A stretch of 64,000 nt of DNA from Sulfitobacter sp. (GTDB lineage: Bacteria; Pseudomonadota; Alphaproteobacteria; Rhodobacterales; Rhodobacteraceae), in the NCBI GenBank assembly GCA_029252045.1, contig JAQXCD010000004.1:5675-69674 (forward strand). The letters run 5' to 3'. Positions 53,277 to 62,157 of this stretch are shown here, one piece after another (the first letter of the stretch is position 1; each line of letters opens with the position of its first letter). The notes below the pieces were generated by a model. It was not told the DNA's origin, did not search any database, and was given only the letters and a program-made list of their open reading frames with translations. Position numbers and translations under genes: made by a program.

Positions 53277-54755
53277 TCAACGCATGACGAAGGGGTTTGC
53301 CATTGGGCTGTCAGACGTATTGATCCAAGTGGTTTTAGTGCGCGTGTAGTCATGAATTGCGTCGATGCCAGCCTCCCGTCCGTATCCAGACTGATTATAG
53401 CCGCCGAACGGTGCAATAGGAGAAATGGCCCGGTAGGTATTCACCCAGCAAATACCCGCCTTCAACAACTTAGACACGCGATGCGCACGCGCGAGGTTTT
53501 GCGTGAATACGCCCGAACCCAATCCAAAAGGCGTATCGTTGGCAAGGGCAATGGCCTCTTCTTCCGTGTCAAAAGAAATCAGTGACATCACGGGGCCAAA
53601 CATCTCGACCCTAAGCGTCTCGGTGTCCGTGCCTGTGCATTCAACCAGGGTAGGGGGCATATAGTTGCCAGTCTGCGCAAGTGGCGCGCCACCAAAGTGG
53701 ATTTTCGCGCCTTGCGTTTTTGCGATGACCAGTGTTGTCACGATCTTATTGATCTGCGCCGCCGTGCAAACGGGGCCAAGGTGCGAGTGGCTGTCCATTG
53801 GGTCACCCACAATAATATGCGCGGCCTTCTCGGTGATTTTCGCAATGAGCGCATCGAGGATTGGACGGTGAATAAGTCCCCGCGACCCTGCGACACAGCT
53901 TTGCCCAGAAGCGCCGAAATTGCCCGCGATCAGACCATTTGCGGCGCCCTCCAAATCGGCGTCGTCAAAGACAAGAATCGGGGATTTCCCACCCAACTCA
54001 AGCGAGGTCACGGCGAAGTTTTCAGCAGAATTGCGCACGACATGCTTTGCGGTTTCTGGTCCGCCCGTAAACGCGATCCTGTCAACATCGGGGTGCCGTG
54101 TCAGCGGGATTGCGCAATTTTCAGCGTCGCCAGTGATGATCGAAACGACGCCCTCGGGAAAGCCGGCTCGCTCGATCAATTTGGCAAACGCGAGCATCGG
54201 AGCAGGGGCTACTTCTGACGCTTTTAAAACCACTGCGCAGCCAGCGGCAAGTGCAGGCCCGAGCTTGGTTGCCGTTAGAAACATCTGGGCGTTCCACGGC
54301 ACGATCGCCACCACAACACCGATAGGTTCGCGGCGCGTGAAGACATGCATATCGGGTTTATCTATCGGCAGCACCGCGCCTTCGATCTTATCAGCAAGGC
54401 CCGCATAGTAGCGGTAATAGTCTCCGACATAGGCTGTTTGTGTTGATGTTTCGGCCAGTAACTTGCCACTATCTGTGGTTTCCAGACGGCCCAGTTCTTG
54501 CGCGTTTTCCTCAATCAGTTCCGCAAGACGATATAGCAGCTTGCCGCGCTTCGTCTGGGTCATATCGCGCCATGCTGGATCATTCAGCGCCCGCCGCGCA
54601 GCGGCTATCGCGCGGTCTACATCAGCAGGGGCAGCACAAGCAAACGTCGCCCAATCCTGACCTGTCGCAGGGTTTTGGGTTGCCATCGTCTGGCCCGTAT
54701 CTCCGTCAGTCCAAGCGCCATCGATATACATCTGAAAATGTGGAAGCTGTGTCAT
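53277..54755 (-). CDS. Aldehyde dehydrogenase (TgnC-like)
   Basis: PWN, FTGG, LELGGKSP, catalytic GQSCVAG, EMFGPV and the C-terminal MANPFVMR typical of this subfamily. Confidence 0.9.
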   Translation of the reverse strand: MTQLPHFQMYIDGAWTDGDTGQTMATQNPATGQDWATFACAAPADVDRAIAAARRALNDPAWRDMTQTKRGKLLYRLAELIEENAQELGRLETTDSGKLLAETSTQTAYVGDYYRYYAGLADKIEGAVLPIDKPDMHVFTRREPIGVVVAIVPWNAQMFLTATKLGPALAAGCAVVLKASEVAPAPMLAFAKLIERAGFPEGVVSIITGDAENCAIPLTRHPDVDRIAFTGGPETAKHVVRNSAENFAVTSLELGGKSPILVFDDADLEGAANGLIAGNFGASGQSCVAGSRGLIHRPILDALIAKITEKAAHIIVGDPMDSHSHLGPVCTAAQINKIVTTLVIAKTQGAKIHFGGAPLAQTGNYMPPTLVECTGTDTETLRVEMFGPVMSLISFDTEEEAIALANDTPFGLGSGVFTQNLARAHRVSKLLKAGICWVNTYRAISPIAPFGGYNQSGYGREAGIDAIHDYTRTKTTWINTSDSPMANPFVMR

Positions 54756-54763
54756 GTTGGTCC

Positions 54764-55798
54764 TCATGTGAAAGCGGGCATTACTTCGTCGATGAACCGC
54801 CCAAGCGAGGCGCGTTTGCGCTCGGAACTCATACCGCTATCGATCCAGAATGCATATTCGTCATACCCCAAATCCTCATAGCGTTTAATTTTGTCGATCA
54901 CCTGCTGCGTTGTGCCAATCGTCAAGTCATGCAGCATATTCTCTGGCGACATCATGGTATTTGCTGCGATTTCATCTTGGGTCAAAGTTTCGATTAATCC
55001 CTGACTGACGGGGCGCTTGTTTTGAAACCAAGCCCCAAAATAACAGTAGAATTCTGACAACTCTTTGGCGGCCAACGCGACATCATCGGTATCTGCACCG
55101 ACGTATGTGTGATGCAGCAACATGATTTTTGGGCGAGGCCCACTGAAGGCCGCACAGGCATCGTTGAACTTTGTCATAAGGCTTTCGATTTCAGTCATCC
55201 CTTGCCAAAGAGGGGTCACTTGAATGTTGAAACCGTTATCGACGCCAAAAGCGTGACTATTGGCATCTCGCGCTGCGATCCAGATTGGCGGGCCGTCGGG
55301 TTGCACCGGTTTTGGCGCAGAGGTAGTTGCAGGAAACTGGTAGTAATGCCCCTCATGCGCACAATCACCTGCCCATAGCTGGCGTAGCAATGGGGCAGAC
55401 TCCCGCATTCTCTGACCTGCGTCCCACGCATCCATTCCGGGCCGCAGACGTTCGTATTCGTAGGAATAAGCCCCCCGCGCGATGCCAAGCTCGATCCGTC
55501 CGTCGGTAATCAAATCTGCAGCCGCAGCTTCGCCTGCGAGTGCAATCGGATGCCAGAATGGTGCAATCACCGTCCCTGTGCCAAGCCGTAGGTGTTTGGT
55601 GTGATAGCTGAGGTCGACAAGGCTCATGAACGGGTTGGGCGCGATCGTAAAATCCATCCCGTGATGTTCGCCTGTCCAAATCGCCCGCATGCCGCCTTCG
55701 TCAGCCATCTTGGCCAGCGCAATCAGATCACTGCGCAATACGCGCTGATCTTGGTCGGGGCAGATCCGTTCCATATGTGCAAAAAGCGAGAAATCCAT
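54764..55798 (-). CDS. Luciferase-like (LLM) flavin-dependent monooxygenase, TgnB-like oxygenase component
   Basis: FSLF.HMER, WTGEHHGMDFTIAPNPF, PFWHPI.LAGE, ARGAYSYEYER and FWIDSGMS, all recalled from trigonelline monooxygenase TgnB. Confidence 0.85.
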   Translation of the reverse strand: MDFSLFAHMERICPDQDQRVLRSDLIALAKMADEGGMRAIWTGEHHGMDFTIAPNPFMSLVDLSYHTKHLRLGTGTVIAPFWHPIALAGEAAAADLITDGRIELGIARGAYSYEYERLRPGMDAWDAGQRMRESAPLLRQLWAGDCAHEGHYYQFPATTSAPKPVQPDGPPIWIAARDANSHAFGVDNGFNIQVTPLWQGMTEIESLMTKFNDACAAFSGPRPKIMLLHHTYVGADTDDVALAAKELSEFYCYFGAWFQNKRPVSQGLIETLTQDEIAANTMMSPENMLHDLTIGTTQQVIDKIKRYEDLGYDEYAFWIDSGMSSERKRASLGRFIDEVMPAFT

Positions 55799-55801
55799 GG
55801 G

Positions 55802-56725
55802 CTACTTCCTTGTTGTCGCAGTGTGGATTGCACCGTCTTCGGTGTCTCCAAGGTAAAGGGCAAAATTTCGGGTCCGGTGCTCAAGCGCGAAACGGGACAT
55901 CATCCGCGCAATAGGCGCGCTGGCGAAAGTCTGGTTGGTAAGGTCTGCGATTGGCACGGCGACGATCCCATCAGTGGGTGTCTCAATATGACCCGTCGCC
56001 AAAAAATACGTGTAATGCGCACGCGGTTTTACACTCTCAAAAACCGAATAGGCTTGGCCAAGATCGGCCACGATCCCTTTGCTGACGAGTGTCTCGCGCA
56101 GGTCATTGATCAACCGCCCCCTTTCTAAGTGGGTGCAATGCGGTGGTCGCAGTCCGTCCGCGGTTTGAACCATCAAGACAGTGTCGTCATCCTCAACAAT
56201 CGCGCCGCAAATCGCCGTGCCGCCTGTCTCTTCAAAAGCCGCACGCTCTAATCCAAGGCTAAAATATTGTCCGTTGACGTAACCAAGCCCCGCCCCCGTG
56301 TTGTGGGTAAACTCATGCACCCTCCCGATCAGGATGCAGTGGTCACCCGCAGGAATTATCTGTTCCGCGCTGCATGAAAATTGTGCGACAGCCCCGTCGA
56401 TCAACGGCACGCCATGCGCGTCAAGTTGATGTGGCACTTGTGCAAACCTGTCGCCCTTAAAACTTGCGAAGATGTTCGAAATTGCCTCTTGTCCCTCGGA
56501 TAGAGTATTGACGGCAAAATGCGTGCATTTGGCAAAGGTGTCGTAGCTCGACAAAAACTTGCCAGGGCAAACTAGCAAAAGTGGCGGGTCAAGCGATACT
56601 GACGAAAATGAATTTGCGGTAAACCCAACAGGGGTGCCGTCATCGCGAACTGCCGTTACGACAGTCACACCCGTTAGAAAACCACCAAAGGCATTGCGGA
56701 GGGCACGTGGATCAATTTGTGTCAA
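55802..56725 (-). CDS. Flavin reductase with a C-terminal extra domain (TgnA-like reductase component)
   Basis: LRNAFGGFLTGVTVVT, ANSFSSVSLDPPL and GDHCILIG, followed by about 140 further aa. Confidence 0.85.
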   Translation of the reverse strand: MTQIDPRALRNAFGGFLTGVTVVTAVRDDGTPVGFTANSFSSVSLDPPLLLVCPGKFLSSYDTFAKCTHFAVNTLSEGQEAISNIFASFKGDRFAQVPHQLDAHGVPLIDGAVAQFSCSAEQIIPAGDHCILIGRVHEFTHNTGAGLGYVNGQYFSLGLERAAFEETGGTAICGAIVEDDDTVLMVQTADGLRPPHCTHLERGRLINDLRETLVSKGIVADLGQAYSVFESVKPRAHYTYFLATGHIETPTDGIVAVPIADLTNQTFASAPIARMMSRFALEHRTRNFALYLGDTEDGAIHTATTRK

Positions 56726-57500
56726 TTTGCGTGTCCCGAATGAACGTTTCTAAAATCTCGGTCACCTGCGTCGCATGGGTCATCGGCAGCATGTGCGCAG
56801 CCTTTTTCAAAACGACTGACGTGCCTTTTGGGGCCAGCGCTGCCATCCGCTGGGACATCTGCGGCGTTGAATTTGGTTCGTCTTCGCCTGTCAAAAACAA
56901 TGCAGGACAGCGGAGGTTTTCGAGCGCCTGCCCGGATGGACCATCCTGAGCCGCAAACACACGGTAGGCATCGCGGTAGCCAACGGGATCGACCCCGCAG
57001 AGCCATTCTTGGCAAGCGTCCTGCGCCGCTGACGGCGCTGCATCAAACCAGCGGAGGAGCGTCGCGGTTGGATCGGCCATTGTCTTGCCATCCAAACTTG
57101 CGGCACGCGCCAAGACAGCATCTTTTGCGGCGGTATCTCGCTGGAAAATACCATTGAGTGCGGCAACCCCATGCACCAGATCAGGATACCTGTCGGCCAT
57201 ATCCAAAGCGATCATTGCACCAAAAGAGTGGCCAATCACGACCGCTGGCTTCGTCAGGATCGCTGCAATTGCATCGGTGAAATCGGCCAACTGCGGATGA
57301 CCCGCGAGGCGATCACTTTCCCCATGTCCAGGCATGTCAACGGCCAGAACACGACAGGTCTGCGCCAACGCCTGCAATTGCCCACCCCACGCTTCGGCCC
57401 GCAAACCGACGCCGTGAACCAGTAAGACATTTAGCCCTGACCCGCCTGTGATTGCGGCAAGCGACCCGAACTTAGACCGCGGCTGGGTTGTCCAAGTCAT
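56712..57500 (-). CDS. Alpha/beta hydrolase (TgnD-like)
   Basis: LVHGVG, DMPGHG, GHSFG nucleophile elbow, TGEDEPNSTP and AAHM. Confidence 0.85.
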   Translation of the reverse strand: MTWTTQPRSKFGSLAAITGGSGLNVLLVHGVGLRAEAWGGQLQALAQTCRVLAVDMPGHGESDRLAGHPQLADFTDAIAAILTKPAVVIGHSFGAMIALDMADRYPDLVHGVAALNGIFQRDTAAKDAVLARAASLDGKTMADPTATLLRWFDAAPSAAQDACQEWLCGVDPVGYRDAYRVFAAQDGPSGQALENLRCPALFLTGEDEPNSTPQMSQRMAALAPKGTSVVLKKAAHMLPMTHATQVTEILETFIRDTQIDTN

Positions 57501-58071
57501 GACCCAAATCCTTCAAATCTTGGTATCTGTCGCCAATACGATGATGTGGACGCCCACTTGTCGCGGCACCCAACACAACAACGATTTCGTTGTCGCGCGG
57601 CGCATCCGGGATCGCGAATTGGATTGTCAGGTAGTGGGAGCGGCGACCGGCGTCATTCTTATCCATCAGCGGCACCATGATCGGCGCATTCGCACCGCCG
57701 CGCGTGTTTGTGAAGGCGAGATAGGATTTTGCACCGACGGCCTCCCGGTAATGATTGCCGAACCGCAATGTGTGGATCAGCCCGGACGCGTGTTCAATCT
57801 CGCCATTTAGCCCGACAACGGCAGCTTTGCCGTAAGCTTCGATCGCGTCACCTGAGCCTGCGAGTTTGATCATCCGGTCTGTCAATATCTCGCCCAAAAC
57901 GGGTCCATATGCATGAATTTCTGGGGTTAGATCCTCGACAAACCGACCCACCCATGGGTTACGCACAACGGCGGCCACGGCGAACAAGCGCCACGGTTTT
58001 TCGGCTGGGCGAAATCCCTCGATTAGAACCTCTTCATCGTAGGTCACAATTTTTCGAATTTCCGGATGCAT
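57472..58071 (-). CDS. Amino acid synthesis family protein (DUF1185)
   Basis: IRKIV, AAVVRNPW.G, EAYGKAAVVG.NGEIEHAS and DAPRDNEIVV motifs. Confidence 0.88.
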   Translation of the reverse strand: MHPEIRKIVTYDEEVLIEGFRPAEKPWRLFAVAAVVRNPWVGRFVEDLTPEIHAYGPVLGEILTDRMIKLAGSGDAIEAYGKAAVVGLNGEIEHASGLIHTLRFGNHYREAVGAKSYLAFTNTRGGANAPIMVPLMDKNDAGRRSHYLTIQFAIPDAPRDNEIVVVLGAATSGRPHHRIGDRYQDLKDLGHDLDNPAAV

Positions 58072-58153
58072 GCCGACGTCTCCCTTTGGTGTTATGGCAA
58101 AGTATCAAACGCGGGTGCCCAATTTGACAAATGAATGATTATGAGGCTTAGGT

Positions 58154-58168
58154 ATTAGCATTACTAAT
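58154..58168. promoter_or_regulatory. GcvA-type LysR recognition site
   Basis: Perfect ATTA-N7-TAAT overlapping the LysR start, in the divergent intergenic region. Confidence 0.55.
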
Positions 58169-59033
58169 GGGTGACTTGACCATGATGAAAGCTTTACCGC
58201 CGCTCGCATGGTTTCGCGCGTTCGAAGCTGCGGCTCGTAAACTCAGCTTTACCGCTGCGGCCGAAGAAATTGGCATGACCCAATCTGCCGTCAGCCAACA
58301 TGTCAGGTCGCTGGAGACATCACTTGGTGTCGCCTTGTTTATCCGCCGTGCACGCGGGCTCTCGCTTACGGATGACGGGCGCAAGTTATTGCCTCAAGTG
58401 GGCTCGGCACTTGAAACGCTGACCGCCGCGGCCCGCGCGTTTGAGACGGTGCACACTGAAAACGTATTGACCATCGCCACATCGGTCAGTGTCGCACAAT
58501 GGATTATTTCGCCATATCTTTCTGATTTCACGCAAAGCCACCCGAACATACGAATGCGATTTCTAAGCACAATTTGGCCAGACGACTTTCACACTGTCAG
58601 AGCGGACATCGAAATTCCGTTCGGATCACAAAAACAAGTGGGCCGCGACGCAATTATGTTGGAACCCAACGATCTGATCGCGTTGAAATCACCGACCCTG
58701 AAAGGCAGCATCGAAGCATTGCCATTGATTGAGTCGGTAGGCACCTCTGACGGTTGGAAAACATGGGGTGAGGTCGTTGGTGGAGACCCCAAGCCCGAGC
58801 TATTCGTTGACAGTTACGGCGCGGCGCTGAACCTTGCCGTTCATGGTAATGGTATTGCACTTGTGAGCAGAATATTAGCCCAACATGCATTGCACGCAAA
58901 ACAACTCGAATTAGCCCACACAGCCAGGGCCCCTTGCAAGGAGGGCTATTTCTTGAGGGTCAATGAGGCCAAACCCATAGCGTTACAATTTCGAGACTGG
59001 CTGCTTGGCAGAATCGAAAGAGGTAATAGGTAA
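58167..59033 (+). CDS. LysR-family regulator (GcvA subfamily)
   Basis: FRAFEAAARKLSFTAAAEEIGMTQSAVSQHVRSLE helix-turn-helix; divergent from the operon. Confidence 0.92.
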   Translation: MGDLTMMKALPPLAWFRAFEAAARKLSFTAAAEEIGMTQSAVSQHVRSLETSLGVALFIRRARGLSLTDDGRKLLPQVGSALETLTAAARAFETVHTENVLTIATSVSVAQWIISPYLSDFTQSHPNIRMRFLSTIWPDDFHTVRADIEIPFGSQKQVGRDAIMLEPNDLIALKSPTLKGSIEALPLIESVGTSDGWKTWGEVVGGDPKPELFVDSYGAALNLAVHGNGIALVSRILAQHALHAKQLELAHTARAPCKEGYFLRVNEAKPIALQFRDWLLGRIERGNR

Positions 59034-59245
59034 ATTCATTTCTAGCCCCCAATTAATGCCCAAGAGAAAGTTAGAAACGCTACAAATTGCACCTTGAACC
59101 AACTTGGTGGTTTTTATCTCAACTGGTTCAGTGAGTTTCCCGATACCGGACCTTCGCTGCGACACAGAAACTGTTTCATCGGGCTAAAACCTACCGTTCG
59201 CTGCATCGGGCGCGAAGGGCGGTTTTTTCATTTTGTGTCAGTGTC

Positions 59246-59848
59246 CTAGGTTATCATAAACACATCGTAGCGGGTGGATTTGCCCAGTATCTGGTGTGAG
59301 CAGGGGCGGATGCCTGCGATCGGGTCTGCTTTGGCGGGCCATTTCAGCACCACGCGGTTGCTGGCATTCTCCAGTGCTACGCGCAGCAGGTCGGCGGCGT
59401 CGTCATCGGTGCCGACAATCTCGCGCACTTGGCGCAACTCTTTTTTGACCAGCGCGGAGTTTGTGCGGGGCGGGTGCATCGGATCGATCAGCACGGCCTC
59501 GCCGCCCAATCCGGGCAGCAGGTCTTTGGCGTCGCCGTGCAGCAGGGTCATGCGGCTGATGATCTGGGCCAATTCTCCGCCTTCGGCAGCAGCGCGTTCC
59601 ATGCCGGCCCGCAGGAGGGCGTGCATCTGCGCCGAGCGTTCGATCAATGTGACCTGCGCACCCAGTGACGCCAGCAGGAAGGCATCGCGCCCGAGGCCTG
59701 CTGTGGCATCCACCACAAAGGGCGTTTTGCCGGCGCGCAGGCCCATGGCCTTGGGCAAATCCTGTCCGCGCCCGCCGCCGAACCGCAAGCGGTGGGCGAC
59801 GGGGCCGGAGATAAAATTAACCTCAAGGGGGGCAGCTTTTTGCGTCAT
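59246..59848 (-). CDS. RsmJ-like class I SAM-dependent methyltransferase
   Basis: VVDATAGLGRDAFLLAS, IDPMHP and RVVLKWP motifs. Confidence 0.8.
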   Translation of the reverse strand: MTQKAAPLEVNFISGPVAHRLRFGGGRGQDLPKAMGLRAGKTPFVVDATAGLGRDAFLLASLGAQVTLIERSAQMHALLRAGMERAAAEGGELAQIISRMTLLHGDAKDLLPGLGGEAVLIDPMHPPRTNSALVKKELRQVREIVGTDDDAADLLRVALENASNRVVLKWPAKADPIAGIRPCSHQILGKSTRYDVFMIT

Positions 59849-59863
59849 TTAGGCAGGGCCGGC

Positions 59864-60469
59864 TCAATCATCGGGCCGGATGATCTCGAACACTTCGCGC
59901 ACAACGGAATAGTCGCGGTATCCCAAACGGCTGAGCGGGGCGTAGCGCGTCACGTCAAAGCGGCCATCGATGACGCAATCATCGCGCATGTGCACGCCAA
60001 TGACTTCGCCAAAGCAGACAAAATTCGCCTCACCCTCGATCTGGACGATCTGGGTCATACGGCATTCAAGCGAAGCAGGGGCATTGCCCACCCGCGAACA
60101 GGCGATCTGTTCACATTCGGCTTTCTCAATCCCTGCATGGGCAAATTCATCCGTGCCATGGGGCAGGGTGGCAGAGGATTTGTTCATTGCATCAGCGGCG
60201 GCATATTCGACGATGTTCACGCAGAACACGCCTGTGTCGCGGATGTTGGCCATGGTGTCCTTGGTGCCCTGCACGTCGTCTTTCACACCAGTGGAGGCAA
60301 ACATGACCTGAGGTGGGACATAGGCCACACCGTTGAAGAAGGAATAGGGGGCGATGTTGTCACGCCCTTGGGCGTCGCGGGTCGAAATCCAGCCGATCGG
60401 CCGCGGGGTGACAATGGCGTTAAACGGGTTGTGCGGCAGGCCGTGGCCATCTGCGGGGCGGTAGAACAT
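59864..60469 (-). CDS. Flavin reductase family protein (DIM6/NTAB)
   Basis: PFNAIVTPRPIGWIST, NIAPYSFFN and LSRLGY motifs. Confidence 0.88.
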   Translation of the reverse strand: MFYRPADGHGLPHNPFNAIVTPRPIGWISTRDAQGRDNIAPYSFFNGVAYVPPQVMFASTGVKDDVQGTKDTMANIRDTGVFCVNIVEYAAADAMNKSSATLPHGTDEFAHAGIEKAECEQIACSRVGNAPASLECRMTQIVQIEGEANFVCFGEVIGVHMRDDCVIDGRFDVTRYAPLSRLGYRDYSVVREVFEIIRPDD

Positions 60470-60557
60470 GGTGTGCAACTCTCTGTTGTGATTGAACACA
60501 GAGCTAACGCCGTGATAGGCCGCTGACCAGAAGAAATCCCGCCGGAGACCCGCACCC

Positions 60558-61043
60558 TTGTACGAGATTGCCGCAGAGACACCTGAAGACCTTTGGGAAG
60601 TAGAGGCGTTGTACGACACATGTTTCGCGCCCGGGCGCACGGCATTGTCGTCTTACCGCCTGCGTGAAGGTGTACCCCCTGTGGCGGGTCTGAGCCTTGT
60701 GGCGCGGGACGATCTGGGGATTCTGGCGGGGGCGATCCGGTTCTGGCCTGTGTTGGTCGGCGGGCATGCCAGTTTGTTATTGGGGCCGGTGGCCGTGCAT
60801 CCGACGCGACAGGGCGAGGGCCTTGGCGGTCTGCTGATCGAGACCTCGCTGGAGCGCGCAGGGCCGGAGGGCTGGGACCGTGTGATGCTGGTGGGGGATG
60901 CGCCTTATTACAACCGCTACGGCTTTACCCGGCTTGAGGGTGTGATCATGCCGCCGCCCACCAATCCGGACCGCGTTCTGGGCCGCGCGCTGAGCGATGG
61001 TGCGTGGGATGGAATTGCGGGCGAGGTCACGCGCGTCCGTTGA
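60558..61043 (+). CDS. GNAT N-acetyltransferase (YhbS-like)
   Basis: FAPGR...YRLREG, LLGPVAVHPTRQGEGLG and VGDAPYY.RYGF motifs. Confidence 0.87.
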   Translation: MYEIAAETPEDLWEVEALYDTCFAPGRTALSSYRLREGVPPVAGLSLVARDDLGILAGAIRFWPVLVGGHASLLLGPVAVHPTRQGEGLGGLLIETSLERAGPEGWDRVMLVGDAPYYNRYGFTRLEGVIMPPPTNPDRVLGRALSDGAWDGIAGEVTRVR

Positions 61044-61087
61044 AATATCCGCTGCTGCATCCCACATTGGATGCAAAGGAGACACCT

Positions 61088-61849
61088 ATGCCCCAGACAC
61101 AGCTGCCCGTGGCGATTGATGTAGAAGCCGAGCTTGAGAAGATCGCGCGCCGCTACAAAGGTGCGGGCGGGGTCGGCATCAATGTGTTGAACCTGATTGG
61201 CGGGCAAGCAGAGAGTTTGCTGGACCGTTTGCCTGCAAGTGTGCGCAAGCAGCTGGAGGCCGCAACCGTATGCGCGCTGGATACCGCGATGACAGCCGCA
61301 CACAAAAGCCGCAGTCATGTGCCGGATCAGGCGTCGTGGCTCAATTCCGCCGCCTCTGCCGCGATGGGGGCTGTGGGCGGTGTCGGCGGGTTGCCTACGG
61401 CACTGGCCGAATTGCCGGTGACCACAACGTTGTTGCTGCGCGTGATCGAGGGTGTGGCCGTGGAATACGGGTTTGATCCGGAGCTGGAATCCGTTCGCTT
61501 TGACTGCGTGCAGGTGTTTTCTGCGGCGGGGCCGTTGGCGGAGGATGACGGCTCTGATCTGGCGTTTCTGACGGCGCGTCTGGCGCTGTCGGGCAAGGCT
61601 GTGCAGGCGATCATTCACAAGGTGGCCCCCCGTCTGGCGGTTGTAATGGGGCAAAAACTGGCTGCGCAAACGGTGCCTGTGCTGGGCGCTGTGGCGGGTG
61701 CTGCGACGAATTACGCCTACACCAGCTATTATCAGGATATGGCCCATGTGCATTTCGGGCTGCGCAAGCTGGCGATTGAGGCGGACGTGACGCCGCAGGA
61801 GCTGAACAAACGCCTTGCGGTGAAGATGCAAGCGCTGGTCACAGCCTAG
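61088..61849 (+). CDS. EcsC-family protein
   Basis: GAVGGVGG..TALAELPVTT and QTVPVLGAVAGAATN motifs. Confidence 0.8.
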   Translation: MPQTQLPVAIDVEAELEKIARRYKGAGGVGINVLNLIGGQAESLLDRLPASVRKQLEAATVCALDTAMTAAHKSRSHVPDQASWLNSAASAAMGAVGGVGGLPTALAELPVTTTLLLRVIEGVAVEYGFDPELESVRFDCVQVFSAAGPLAEDDGSDLAFLTARLALSGKAVQAIIHKVAPRLAVVMGQKLAAQTVPVLGAVAGAATNYAYTSYYQDMAHVHFGLRKLAIEADVTPQELNKRLAVKMQALVTA

Positions 61850-61911
61850 AGCGTTGCACTTGTTGCAAGGTCCGGCTTGCACCATGATACCTTGCAAAGA
61901 GGGAGGCACCT

Positions 61912-62154
61912 GTGATCCGTACAGCCGTTTTGGTTTTCTCGTTTGCTGCATTTGCACTGCCTGCATTTGCCGAAGTGCGTCTGGGCAAGAACGTCCGGAT
62001 CGGCGGGCATGACGCGTCAAACCAGACCTTCGACAAGAACAACCGTGGTGAATATATCATCCACGACAATCAGCCGAAAAACGCGGGCTGCAAGATCCGC
62101 AAAAACAAGGACGGGTCCAAGACCAAGGTCTGCAATCTGAAGAAAAAGAACTAG
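61912..62154 (+). CDS. Small secreted basic hypothetical protein
   Basis: Signal peptide ending in AFA; mature part is Lys/Asn-rich with two Cys; AGGGAGG ribosome binding site. Confidence 0.65.
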   Translation: MIRTAVLVFSFAAFALPAFAEVRLGKNVRIGGHDASNQTFDKNNRGEYIIHDNQPKNAGCKIRKNKDGSKTKVCNLKKKN

Positions 62155-62157
62155 GGC

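Larger units (their letters stand above)
53036..59154. mobile_element. Accessory insert (putative horizontally acquired islet) bounded by ACCGGACCTT direct repeats
   Basis: Identical 10-mer at 53036-53045 and 59145-59154; visibly lower GC than the flanks; no integrase or transposase inside. Confidence 0.5.
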
